DNA from: Roseibacillus sp.
GTDB taxonomy: Bacteria > Verrucomicrobiota > Verrucomicrobiia > Verrucomicrobiales > Akkermansiaceae
Length of the DNA stretch: 64,000 nt
Direction of reading: 5' to 3'
Assembly (NCBI GenBank): GCA_051251855.1
Contig: JBPOGI010000002.1
Coordinates: 224,001-288,000 of the forward strand
Position 1 is the stretch's first letter, and the number at the start of each line of letters is the position of its first letter. The position numbers were made by a program, and so were the translations under genes. Below, in pieces: positions 17,645-27,474 of this stretch. The notes under the pieces are model-generated. The model worked only from the letters and a program-made list of their open reading frames with translations, was not told where the DNA came from and did no database searches.

Positions 17645-20095
17645 ATGAAGAGAAAGAAGATTGAGCCTGATGAACACTTTAGCTACGGACCGATGGAAGT
17701 ATCGCGGTTTGGCCGATTTGTCCGTATGCGAACGAATTGGAGTGAAGAGGGATACGCAGACTTCATCAAGAAGCTTCGGGAACGTGCCCCCTTAATTGAG
17801 CAAGAGATTACTGTTCAAATCGAAAGAGTAGCTGCGATTATACACCGCAACGATCCTCTTGAGTTGCTGATGCGGGCCTATTGGCAGATGGGCTCCTTGC
17901 ACATGGAGCTAACGTCGGAAACGCTCGCAGACCACAACTCTGTCGTTTCTTTGCATTTACTTGAATTTATCCACAACATTGTGGCCTCCTCGGAACGAGT
18001 GCCAGTTGTGCCCGAGAAAGTTTCGGAGGATGATTGGATTGCCATCAGCGAGGGGTTCACGGAACTCTACGATAAAATCAACAGGCAATTTTTAATGTGT
18101 GAAGGGGCACTGATCCGCGAGGAGGAGGAAAACGAAGAGTTCGCTCGGTTTCGCTATCAGGCTTTGGGGCACTGGATCAATGTGAGGGGAGAACGCCATT
18201 CGGTTCATGAGAAGCAACACCTCGAAGACCTTCTTCTTTGTCACTCCTCACAAATTGAGGCGGCATTAGGCATTAGCGCAGAACTCCTCATTGAGGAAAT
18301 AGCCAAAGTTCATGCAAGTCTTACCCGAGGTATCATGCTGGCACTTGAGGAAATGCATCAAATCTATGACCAAGCGACCGCTGAGTGGAAGAATCGCAAC
18401 CAGAATACCGAACAGGGCAGTCTTTCCGAAGAAGTGCTTTCAAAGCAGATTCACACTATCATATCGGAACTCGGACTGGAGCAGCGCGCTCTTAAGTTGC
18501 GAGAGGAAATCTTCGGACCCGGCTTGTTCGATTTGCAGCAGATCACCGACCTGCCTCCCTCCTTGCTTGAACTTCTGTCTTGGAGAGAAGGACAGGAGAC
18601 CGAGTTTTTCTCGGCAGGGAAGTTTCCTGGGTGGCCAGTTAGGACACCGCCGCTTACTAAGCGACCTTTCCTACAAATTGGTGGCCGATTTTACTGCTTT
18701 TGTCTCTACGGTCTTTTCGACAACTTTTACCGTGTTATTCACAGAGTAGTCCTTGCGCAAAAGTCTGCGCTTCGACAGGAGTGGAGGGAAGTTCAAAAGG
18801 ACAATTCAGAAAGTCTTCCTCTTAGATACTTTGACCATATTCTACCTAGGAACACTCAGTATCGGGATGTCTACTACAAGTGGTTCCCGAACAAAAAACA
18901 TCCCAAAAAAGAGTGGTGTGAGACCGATGGATTGGTGGTGTTCGGCGATCACTTGTTCGTCATAGAAGTGAAGGCGGGTGCGTTTTCCCAAAGCTCTCCC
19001 ATGGAGAATTTTGACGCCTTTGTTTCGTCTATCAAAGGCCTGGTCGAGGCCCCGGCTAGACAGGGAAGGCGCTTCGTTGACTACCTCCATAGCTTCCCTG
19101 AAGTCTCTCTGTTTGATTCTTCGAGAAAAGAAATTGGGAAGCTCTCGGCTGCTCAGTTTCGAAAAATTACTGTCTGCGTCGTTACTATTGACCCCTTTAC
19201 CGAGATCGCAGCAAAAATTGAGCACCTCGACTCAGCTCTAGGAGTTGAAATTGGTCCAATACCAACCTGGGCCGTTTCGTTGGATGACTTGCGAGGCATC
19301 TCCGAGATATTTACGAGTCCTCTCGTCTTCCTTCACTTCTTGGAGCAGCGCATGAAGGCCGCTAAAAGCAAGGAGCTTCGCCTAGATGATGAGTTTGATC
19401 ACGTCGGATTATATTTCGCGGTGAACGACTATTCGATGCACGCGTCAGAGTTGAAGCAAAGTCTTGCTACTCATTTAACGTTCTCAGGCTACCGGAAACC
19501 GATTGATGAGTTCTTCCACGAACGTTTGTTCAATCCTGATTTTCCTTCACCGTTCGCCCAAGCCATACCAGATGAAATTCAGAAGATTTTGAATTTCTGT
19601 GTTGAACAAGGTGCCGAAACGATGGTCGAACTCTCTAGCTTCCTTCTCGATTGTAGTTATGAAGGACGAGAAGGCATTGCGGATGGTATAGTCTCCGCAT
19701 TGCGGTCGCAAAGTAGTCGGAAGAGAATTCAGATTCCTGCAATGTCGGGAGAAGTCAGGCTAACTATTGGGTGTTGGCAACCACATGTTTTTGCCCCAGA
19801 TCGCAAGTTCTTGGCACGACACGCGAAAGCAGAGTTGCTAGCCCATAATGAGAAGGATCGAAAAATCCTTGAAGTTTTCTTCAATCAGAAGAACGAAATC
19901 ACTCGGATCGAATGGAGCGGTATTGCCTTGGAGGACATTCCCGAACAAGAACTGCCAATTTACGAAGCAGAGGCTGAGAAGCTTCGAATGAGAAGAATCC
20001 GTCAGACAACAGAACAGTCAGGGAAAATTGGTAGAAACACTAAATGCCCTTGCAGCAGTGGTAAGAAGTTCAAACATTGTTGCTTAGAAAGGTGA
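17645..20095 (+). CDS. Large protein with NERD/PD-(D/E)XK-like nuclease domain and C-terminal SEC-C motif
   Basis: E...ETDGLVVFGDHLFVIEVK nuclease motif; C-terminal KIGRNTKCPCSSGKKFKHCC. Confidence 0.8.
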   Translation: MKRKKIEPDEHFSYGPMEVSRFGRFVRMRTNWSEEGYADFIKKLRERAPLIEQEITVQIERVAAIIHRNDPLELLMRAYWQMGSLHMELTSETLADHNSVVSLHLLEFIHNIVASSERVPVVPEKVSEDDWIAISEGFTELYDKINRQFLMCEGALIREEEENEEFARFRYQALGHWINVRGERHSVHEKQHLEDLLLCHSSQIEAALGISAELLIEEIAKVHASLTRGIMLALEEMHQIYDQATAEWKNRNQNTEQGSLSEEVLSKQIHTIISELGLEQRALKLREEIFGPGLFDLQQITDLPPSLLELLSWREGQETEFFSAGKFPGWPVRTPPLTKRPFLQIGGRFYCFCLYGLFDNFYRVIHRVVLAQKSALRQEWREVQKDNSESLPLRYFDHILPRNTQYRDVYYKWFPNKKHPKKEWCETDGLVVFGDHLFVIEVKAGAFSQSSPMENFDAFVSSIKGLVEAPARQGRRFVDYLHSFPEVSLFDSSRKEIGKLSAAQFRKITVCVVTIDPFTEIAAKIEHLDSALGVEIGPIPTWAVSLDDLRGISEIFTSPLVFLHFLEQRMKAAKSKELRLDDEFDHVGLYFAVNDYSMHASELKQSLATHLTFSGYRKPIDEFFHERLFNPDFPSPFAQAIPDEIQKILNFCVEQGAETMVELSSFLLDCSYEGREGIADGIVSALRSQSSRKRIQIPAMSGEVRLTIGCWQPHVFAPDRKFLARHAKAELLAHNEKDRKILEVFFNQKNEITRIEWSGIALEDIPEQELPIYEAEAEKLRMRRIRQTTEQSGKIGRNTKCPCSSGKKFKHCCLER

Positions 20096-20154
20096 CTGGA
20101 AGCATGTCTAAATCAGAGAAGGAGCTCTTCGAACCCTCTTAATCGTAGCCCGAA

Positions 20155-21510
20155 ATGGAGTCCCCAATTATCACCCTCGAAGATTGGTTACTGGCCCAAT
20201 GTCATCGCGAAGATGAAGTGGGTCTCGTTGCACGTTCGTGGGTCGAAACATCCGCAGGATCGGAAGGTCAGGTTTCTTTTCTCTCATGGTGGCAGGAGAG
20301 GAAAGAAGGACAGATACTCACCCCGGGGGTCGTTCAGGCTGAGAGCGAATACAAAGAGGCCGCAGTGGAGCTAGGCAAGGGAAGAAGCCACGAAACCTTT
20401 CCTTTCCTCTGGGCCACTGAGGGTTTTCAGGAACGCTCCGAAAAAAGACGAAAATTTCATGAGTCCAATGCGGAAATGACCGGCTCTTCTTACCTACATT
20501 TACTTCATTGTCAGCTGAGAGACTTTCTCAGAAACCGGGAGGTTGTCTACCTCGACACTTTTTATTGGACTAAGATGCGTGATGCAGTGCTTGGCAAAGG
20601 CGAAACGCGATTCCTTTCGCTTTTCGAGCAACTGCAGTCTTTGGTCGAATCCGGTCGAATTATCTGCCCGTTAAGTCATAGCTTGTTTGAGGAGTTGATG
20701 AGGCAGAGCGACACGGTCACTCGGATGGCAACTGCCAAATTGATGGATGCTCTTTCCGCTGGGGTTTGTTTGCGGGCACCTGACGAACTCATCGAAGTTG
20801 AAATTAGACGACAGATTTACAGGTCAATTAAACCCGAAGTAAAGGATGCATGGACTGAGTGGATTTGGACGAAAGTTGGGTTTCTGTTTGGAGAGCAGCT
20901 GCCGATAAATGAGGATATGTCGGATGAGGACAATGATTACGTGCAGAAAAATTACATCGACTACATGTGGTATGAGCGCAACCTCGTAGAGTTTCTAGAA
21001 GCTCTTCAACATGAGCAGTTCCCTTTGCCAGACAATGAGGCCTATGCAGCAGCAACCAATGTAGACTTTGGTCAGGTTCGTAGCAACAATATGGGAAAGG
21101 AGGCAATCAGACATCAGGAGGCTGGATTTGTCTGGCACAGTCATTATTTCAAAACCTTCAAGCGTGTTGTTCAGGAAATATGGGAGGCTGAGAAGCAGGC
21201 TTGCCAGGAGTATGCCGCTAAGGCTGAGAATCAAAGTCAGCCAAAACCAAACCCAAACGTGCTGCCAAATCTCCACATTCTAGCAACCCTCTCGACCTAC
21301 TTTGCATCCGACAAACGGAAGGTTGTCCGTCCTACTGATATTCCCGACATGGAACACGCTGCATTCGCTCTTCCATACTGCGACGTGTATACCTGTGATC
21401 GCGCTATGGGTCATGCAATCCAGCAACCTCCGCACCGTCTTGAGCGAACCTTTAAAACGAAAGTCTGCGACCGGGTTGAGGAGCTTTTGCAGCATCTCGA
21501 TACGCTGTAA
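20155..21510 (+). CDS. PIN-like RNase domain protein with N-terminal YozE/SAM-like domain
   Basis: N-terminal LEDWLLAQCHREDEVGLVAR...AESEY (YozE-like); VVYLDT, LFEEL and DIPDMEHA..LPYCDVYTCD give the PIN-type acidic residues. Confidence 0.6.
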   Translation: MESPIITLEDWLLAQCHREDEVGLVARSWVETSAGSEGQVSFLSWWQERKEGQILTPGVVQAESEYKEAAVELGKGRSHETFPFLWATEGFQERSEKRRKFHESNAEMTGSSYLHLLHCQLRDFLRNREVVYLDTFYWTKMRDAVLGKGETRFLSLFEQLQSLVESGRIICPLSHSLFEELMRQSDTVTRMATAKLMDALSAGVCLRAPDELIEVEIRRQIYRSIKPEVKDAWTEWIWTKVGFLFGEQLPINEDMSDEDNDYVQKNYIDYMWYERNLVEFLEALQHEQFPLPDNEAYAAATNVDFGQVRSNNMGKEAIRHQEAGFVWHSHYFKTFKRVVQEIWEAEKQACQEYAAKAENQSQPKPNPNVLPNLHILATLSTYFASDKRKVVRPTDIPDMEHAAFALPYCDVYTCDRAMGHAIQQPPHRLERTFKTKVCDRVEELLQHLDTL

Positions 21511-21803
21511 CCAAGGTGGTATTTGTCACGGGGGCTATAACGCCTGGTAGTTAGGTCTTATGCTCGCATACCGACTATATCGCCGCTGGTGCTGGTCGGC
21601 CAGGTAAGCAGGAACAGGCGATGATTGAGACTGCAACCGCTTTGAGGATAGCGTGAGTCAATGGTTGTTGCTCCAGCCAAGATGTGGGGAATAGTGGTTC
21701 TTTTGAAGGAACATCTCAGTATTTGCTCTGGGAATACGGTAGAAGTGACTTTCGGAAAGGCCTGTTCCGCGAAGATGGCGAAGGTTTGCTGCATAGATCG
21801 TGG

Positions 21804-24101
21804 CTACATTTTCAGACTTCGAAGCCGCAACGCATTTAGGATTACCGATACAGAACTGATGCTCATGGCGGCTCCTGCGATCATGGGGCTGAGGAGGATG
21901 CCGGTAAATGGGAAGAGGATGCCGGCTGCGATGGGGATTCCGAGGGTGTTGTAGATGAAGGCGAAGAAAAGATTTTGCCGGATGTTCTTCATCACCGAGC
22001 GACTGATGGAGATCGCTTTGACGATACCGTCGAGGTCGCCCTTGACGAGGGTGATGGAGGCGCTTTCGATGGCGACGTCGGTGCCAGTGCCCATCGCGAT
22101 CCCGACCTGAGCTTCGGCAAGTGCCGGGGCGTCATTGATACCGTCGCCTGCCATCGCGACCACCTCGCCTTCGGCTTTGAGGCGTTGAACCAGTTCAATT
22201 TTATCTTGTGGAGAGAGTCCGGCATGGACTTCGTCGATACCCAGCTTCTCGGCGACTGCTTGGGCTGTGGTCTCGTTGTCGCCGGTGGCCATGAGCACTT
22301 TGATGCCTGCTTCGTGCAGCCTCTTGATTGCAGCGGGTGTGCTCTTTTTAATTGGGTCGGAGATACCGAGGAGGCCGATGGCTTCCTTTTCTCGTGCAAC
22401 CCAAACGACAGTTTGTGCTTCGCTCTGGAACTGGGCCGCTTTGGTCAAAAGGTCTTCAGGGAAGGAGACGTCTTGAGAGCGCACAAAGCTTTCCTGTCCG
22501 ACGTGAATTTGAATTTCTGAGACCTTGCCGGAGACTCCTCCTCCAGTCGTGGAAGCGAATTCTGAAGGCTCACCAATCTCGGCATGGCGGGATTTGGCTT
22601 CGTCAACGATGGCGCGAGCGAGGGGATGCTCGGAACGGGTTTCGAGGGCTGCCGCAAACGATAGAAGATTCTTCTCGGTGGTCCCTTCCTGAGTGGCAAG
22701 GGAAGTGACGTGGGGTTTCCCGGCGGTGAGGGTACCGGTTTTGTCGGTGATAAGAACGGTTATCTTCTCAGCGGTCTCGATGGCTTCGGCGTTTTTGATA
22801 AGGATGCCCGAGCTCGCTGCTCGCCCAATGCCAACCATGATTGACATAGGGGTCGCTAGTCCGAGTGCGCAGGGACAGGCGATGATGAGGACGGCGACTG
22901 CATTGACGATGGCGTAGGCCATCGCAGGAGCTGGCCCCCATACGGCCCAAATTACAAATGTGAGAAGGGCAATGATGAGAACGACCGGGACGAAGTAACC
23001 GGCAACGGTGTCGGCGAGTTTCTGGATGGGTGCGCGGCTCCTTTGAGCGTTGGCGACCATGTGAACGATTTGAGAAAGAAGAGTGTCGCTGCCCACTTTC
23101 TCCGCTCGCATGAGAAAGGAGCCGGTTTGATTGACGGTGCCGCCGATCACGTCTTCGTCGATTCTTTTTTCAACGGGCACGGGTTCGCCAGTGATCATGG
23201 CTTCGTCGATAGTGCTTTTTCCCTCGGTGATAGTGCCGTCGATGGGAACCTTTTCACCGGGGCGGACTCGCAGGAGATCGCCGATGTGAAGGTCTTCCAC
23301 GGGCACTTCTTCCTCCTGGCCGTTTACGACACGATGAGCTGTCTTTGCGGAGAGATTGAGTAAAGCTCCAATCGCTTCGCCGGTTCGGGACCGAGCACGC
23401 GCTTCGAGATATTGACCCAGTAAAACGAGGACGGTAATCACGGCGGCGGCCTCGAAGTAAAGGCCGACCTCCCCATTCTTCCGAAAGGAATCGGGGAAGA
23501 TTCCTGGTAAAAGTACTGCAACAAAACTAAAGATGTAGGCCGCACCCACTCCCAGCATGACGAGAGTAAACATGTTAAGGCTGCGGTTTCGAATCGAGCG
23601 CCACCCGCGTTGAAAGAACATTCCGCCACACCAAAAAACTACCGGCGTCGTGAGGATAAGTTCGACCCACTTGGAAACTGATTTGGGAATAAGCTGCTCA
23701 AGATTGAGGGATGGAATCATTGCTCCCATCGCTAACAAGAAGACGGGTATGGTGAGCGCAAGTCCGATCCAGAACTTGCGCGCGAGATCGCGGATCTCCT
23801 GCTCCGCATGAGGGTCGCTGGAAGTCGGCGAAAGAGCTTCCAGAGCCATGCCGCATTTCGGACAATCACCGGGGCCATCCTGCCTCACCTCTGGGTGCAT
23901 CGGGCAGGTGTAAATCGTGGTGCCGGGAGGGACGGGGACTTGCTCCAAGGCCATGCCGCACTTTGGGCAATCACCGGGTTCGTTGGTTACGACCTCGGGG
24001 TCCATGGGGCAGGTCCACTGACCCGCTTGGGCACTCGTTTTGTTGTTGCGGTCGAGATTTTTGGGATCTTTCGATGAGCAGCAATGCTTTTCGTGGTTCA
24101 T
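21804..24101 (-). CDS. copA: Cu(I)-translocating P1B-type ATPase
   Basis: Two TCPMxP..CPKCGM metal-binding domains, [25 protein letters not shown] and MSISS. Likely start ATG 24101. Confidence 0.95.
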   Translation of the reverse strand: MNHEKHCCSSKDPKNLDRNNKTSAQAGQWTCPMDPEVVTNEPGDCPKCGMALEQVPVPPGTTIYTCPMHPEVRQDGPGDCPKCGMALEALSPTSSDPHAEQEIRDLARKFWIGLALTIPVFLLAMGAMIPSLNLEQLIPKSVSKWVELILTTPVVFWCGGMFFQRGWRSIRNRSLNMFTLVMLGVGAAYIFSFVAVLLPGIFPDSFRKNGEVGLYFEAAAVITVLVLLGQYLEARARSRTGEAIGALLNLSAKTAHRVVNGQEEEVPVEDLHIGDLLRVRPGEKVPIDGTITEGKSTIDEAMITGEPVPVEKRIDEDVIGGTVNQTGSFLMRAEKVGSDTLLSQIVHMVANAQRSRAPIQKLADTVAGYFVPVVLIIALLTFVIWAVWGPAPAMAYAIVNAVAVLIIACPCALGLATPMSIMVGIGRAASSGILIKNAEAIETAEKITVLITDKTGTLTAGKPHVTSLATQEGTTEKNLLSFAAALETRSEHPLARAIVDEAKSRHAEIGEPSEFASTTGGGVSGKVSEIQIHVGQESFVRSQDVSFPEDLLTKAAQFQSEAQTVVWVAREKEAIGLLGISDPIKKSTPAAIKRLHEAGIKVLMATGDNETTAQAVAEKLGIDEVHAGLSPQDKIELVQRLKAEGEVVAMAGDGINDAPALAEAQVGIAMGTGTDVAIESASITLVKGDLDGIVKAISISRSVMKNIRQNLFFAFIYNTLGIPIAAGILFPFTGILLSPMIAGAAMSISSVSVILNALRLRSLKM

Positions 24102-24147
24102 AGTGGTTTGTTTTAAGGGAAAAGAGGGGCGTTCTTCGGAAGTGAGA

Positions 24148-26487
24148 TTAGAAACTAATTGTGATGCCACCTCCCCAGCCGTAGTCACTATCCCAAAGGC
24201 CGGTAGCGGAGAAATTCTCGTTGATGAGGTAGCTCGCACCCACTTGGCCGGACCAGTAGTCGCGGGTATCGTATTCAGCTTCGCCGAAGAGTCCCAAGCG
24301 GGAGGTGAGCATCAATTCACGCTCCAAGGTGATGCGGGCTTCTCCGCTGTCGTCCACCCAAGTGGAGGAAAAGAAGTTAAGAGGAAGAGCATAGCGAACT
24401 CCTGCAATGATGCGCTCCGATTCTAGATTGAAATCGCTGGCGCCACCGAAAGAACCTTCGCCATAGACACCGACAAAAACGGTCGTAAAGCGATTGATGT
24501 AGCGGTTGTATGTTAGGTCGGCTTCCCATTCGACATCGATATCATCAGGAATTTCGTTCCAGCCAGCCTGCCATGAAAAATTGAAGGTGTTTCTGAGATT
24601 TTCGTATCTTACTGAACCCTGACTTAAATTGGAGAGCGCATCGGTCATAATGAAGGGATACCAGTGCTGGTCATAGAGATGATTAGAGATGGCTTCAGTC
24701 GCAGGATCAGCAGTGAAGTTATTATAGCGGACCACTCGAGCCATTCCGCCCTTCATGTGATAGAGGAGGTGGCAGTGGAAGAACCAATCTCCGACCTCAT
24801 TGGCATCGAACTCGATAATAGTGGTCGTCATCGGGGCTACATTTACGGTGTGCTTGAGAGGTGATCGGTTGCCTTGTCCGTTAAGAACTCGGAAAAAATG
24901 TCCGTGTAGATGCATTGGATGGTGCATCATTGTTCGGTTTATAAAGATGAAGCGTACCACTTCGCCTTCGTTGATTTTAATGTCGTTCTCAGGTTGTAAG
25001 ACTTCGTTGTTTAGCATCCAGACATAGCGATTCATATCACCATCCAGAGTCAGGCGCAGTTCACGCACGGGTCGGTCAGAGTTGAAGGAGGTGTCCCTGA
25101 CTGAGCGAAGCATTTTGTAAGGCGGGAAGGGCCGGTCCTTGGACATAGGGCTGCCGGTAGAGAGAACCGGAAATCGGGCAGCGTCCTCGCGCAGGAGAAA
25201 ATCATACCAGGCCGGTGGATTCTTCACGAGGCCAGTGTCTTGCATGGCCATGCTATTATGGCCCATACCGCCATCACTCATTCCTCCCATGTTCATTCCT
25301 CCCATGTTCATTCCTCCCATGTTCATTCCTCCCATGTTCATGCCAGGTTTGTCGAAAGCGCCTTCTTTCACCTTTCGGTTAGGCATTCCCATCGTACCTT
25401 CGGGAGTGAGAGCGAATAAGTTTTTCCATTTAAACATATCCATCGTATCGTAAACGAAAGGTTGCGGCATATCGGTCACGGGCTGGCGTTCGCCTTGGCC
25501 AATCCACAATGAAGCCGAGCCTGAGCCGTCCATTGCAGTGGCGCGAAACTCATAGCTTCCACTGGCTGGGACCTTGACGATCACATCATAAGTCTCGGCA
25601 ACTCCTATCAGTAGGGGAGTCTGAAGGTCCACGGGTTCTACATCTTGGCCATCAGCAGCAACGATTTTCAGCGGCCCGCCTGAGTATTGGAGGTGAAAAT
25701 AGGTCGTCGCTGATCCGTCAATAATGCGCAACTTAACGGTGTCGCCGGGCTTCGCAGTCATCGCGCTGGAGGAAGTGCCGTTGATGAGAAAAGCATCATA
25801 GGCCACATCAGCAATGTCCATTGCGGGCATTCGCATAGCTTCACGCTTCCAGTATTCCCCCACCTTATCGGTCTTGATGGCACCGAGAAGGCTCTGGGCC
25901 GTCTTTTTCTGCACACCCATGGCCTCGGAACCACGCCTAAGAAGGCGCATCACTTTGTCCGGGTTCATGTCGGTCCAATCAGACAGTAAGACAACATGCT
26001 CAGAGGAAATTGCGTGGCGCTTCTTCTTTGGCTGAATGACGATGGACCCGTAGACTCCCAACTGCTCCTGGAGTTTCGTATGAGAGTGATACCAATAGGT
26101 TCCGGCTTGTCGGATCGGGAAACGATAGGTGAAAGTGGTTCCCGGCTTAATCGGCGGAAAAGAGACGTGGGGAACGCCATCAAACTGAGGTGGAACCAGT
26201 AGTCCGTGCCAGTGAATCGAGGTTGGCACATCCATGGTATTCGTGACGTTCATGACTGCAGTGTCACCCTCGGTGAAGCGCAGAACGGGGCCGGGGATTC
26301 CGCCGTTAATTGTCATGGCTGGGCGAGACTTTCCTGTGATATTGACCCGTTGCTCGGCAATGGTTAGATCGTAAATCCTTTCTTTTGCATGAAGGAGGGT
26401 CACAAATTGGATGAATATGAGGGGTAGGATGTATCTGAAGTTCTGAGCTAAGGTCGTTTTCATCTTTCTGTTCTTGTTGGAGTTCAT
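24148..26487 (-). CDS. Multicopper oxidase with Met-rich insert and C-terminal beta-barrel-like domain
   Basis: [17 protein letters not shown] and HCHLLYH-M copper ligands; (GGMNM)n insert; amphipathic beta C-terminus ending in F. Confidence 0.92.
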   Translation of the reverse strand: MNSNKNRKMKTTLAQNFRYILPLIFIQFVTLLHAKERIYDLTIAEQRVNITGKSRPAMTINGGIPGPVLRFTEGDTAVMNVTNTMDVPTSIHWHGLLVPPQFDGVPHVSFPPIKPGTTFTYRFPIRQAGTYWYHSHTKLQEQLGVYGSIVIQPKKKRHAISSEHVVLLSDWTDMNPDKVMRLLRRGSEAMGVQKKTAQSLLGAIKTDKVGEYWKREAMRMPAMDIADVAYDAFLINGTSSSAMTAKPGDTVKLRIIDGSATTYFHLQYSGGPLKIVAADGQDVEPVDLQTPLLIGVAETYDVIVKVPASGSYEFRATAMDGSGSASLWIGQGERQPVTDMPQPFVYDTMDMFKWKNLFALTPEGTMGMPNRKVKEGAFDKPGMNMGGMNMGGMNMGGMNMGGMSDGGMGHNSMAMQDTGLVKNPPAWYDFLLREDAARFPVLSTGSPMSKDRPFPPYKMLRSVRDTSFNSDRPVRELRLTLDGDMNRYVWMLNNEVLQPENDIKINEGEVVRFIFINRTMMHHPMHLHGHFFRVLNGQGNRSPLKHTVNVAPMTTTIIEFDANEVGDWFFHCHLLYHMKGGMARVVRYNNFTADPATEAISNHLYDQHWYPFIMTDALSNLSQGSVRYENLRNTFNFSWQAGWNEIPDDIDVEWEADLTYNRYINRFTTVFVGVYGEGSFGGASDFNLESERIIAGVRYALPLNFFSSTWVDDSGEARITLERELMLTSRLGLFGEAEYDTRDYWSGQVGASYLINENFSATGLWDSDYGWGGGITISF
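25279..25341. repeat. Perfect 15-bp tandem repeat x4 encoding the Met-rich GGMNM copper-binding linker
   Basis: (CATTCCTCCCATGTT)x4 followed by CAT on the plus strand. Confidence 0.95.
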
Positions 26488-26532
26488 GTTTGCAGTTTTG
26501 TCGTCGTCTACGCTGGCTCGGCAGCAGAGTTA

Positions 26533-27414
26533 CTAGATTCTGGGGCTACTTGCGGCAAGGAGCTGGAGCCAACGGGTGGGGTGATTTTCTTCGCCCTCTT
26601 TCGTGTAACGGTCATTGTCCCACTCCACAGAGTAGCCACACTCGCTCAGGATGGCGCGGTAATTATGGGAAAAGGCTAACTCTCGTCCATAGGGGAAGGT
26701 GGCTTCCTCTGAATCCAAGTGGTGGTCGGTGGCAAGGGTCTCGGTCAATACGATCCACGATGACTGTGATTTTTCACGAACAAGTCGAAAGAGAGAAATC
26801 AGTTGGGCGCGGGTGAAGTATTCTAAAACGCCACCATTCGTGTAGAGGATGAGGTCTTTGCCTTGAAAGGATTTGACCCAATCAAAGACGTCGCAGGAAT
26901 CAAAAGCGAGTTGTGGCTTGTCAGGGAAACGCTTTTTGCAGTTGGCAATCTCTTCCTCGCTCAAGTCGAGGCCTGCGAAGTGGGCCACGTTTGGTAGTGA
27001 GTCTGCCAAATAGTTGAGAACTTTTCCGTCGCCGCAACCTAGCTCAAGAAGATGAATCGGGTGGTCGTCACTGCTCGGGACCGCCCTTCGCGAGAGTTCT
27101 CCCACAATGTCGGTGTGATACTTGAGGAAAAGTTCTTCAAAGCGGTTTTCAAAAAGAACGAAGAATTCCTGTGAGAAGGGGGAGGACCAATAGTCGATGA
27201 GAAATTGATGAAGGGTCTCGTGGTCTTTTTCCTCAATCGCCTGATGTTGCCGAGCATTGCGAAGAAGACGTTCGTGATGCTTGAGTGGCCTCGTAAACGG
27301 TTTCGCGCGCACCTTGGCCGCTAGGGCTGGATTGGCGGAGGCAATGAGCCTGCCGAGACCAGCCTTGATTCTTCGTCCGAGGGGGAGATCAGCGGTCGTT
27401 TTGTATGCTTTCAT
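26533..27414 (-). CDS. Class I SAM-dependent methyltransferase
   Basis: LLELGCGDG motif I, GLDLS motif II, GVLEY. Confidence 0.85.
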   Translation of the reverse strand: MKAYKTTADLPLGRRIKAGLGRLIASANPALAAKVRAKPFTRPLKHHERLLRNARQHQAIEEKDHETLHQFLIDYWSSPFSQEFFVLFENRFEELFLKYHTDIVGELSRRAVPSSDDHPIHLLELGCGDGKVLNYLADSLPNVAHFAGLDLSEEEIANCKKRFPDKPQLAFDSCDVFDWVKSFQGKDLILYTNGGVLEYFTRAQLISLFRLVREKSQSSWIVLTETLATDHHLDSEEATFPYGRELAFSHNYRAILSECGYSVEWDNDRYTKEGEENHPTRWLQLLAASSPRI

Positions 27415-27474
27415 GTTATGTTATGGTGTGGGTATTGGGAAAGAGGAGGGTGATTGAGTTGTCATGAGGGGAAT

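Noticed and set aside
21582..21599. GCCGCTGGT-GCTGGTCGG resembling the tRNA-Thr 3' end (possible internal att scar)
   Set aside because: The match is short and interrupted, and is explained equally well as one arm of a local hairpin with CCGAC at 21571.
11229..21803. Integron cassette array explaining the string of defence genes
   Set aside because: Intergenic regions share no repeat or attC-like structure, and gene orientation is mixed.
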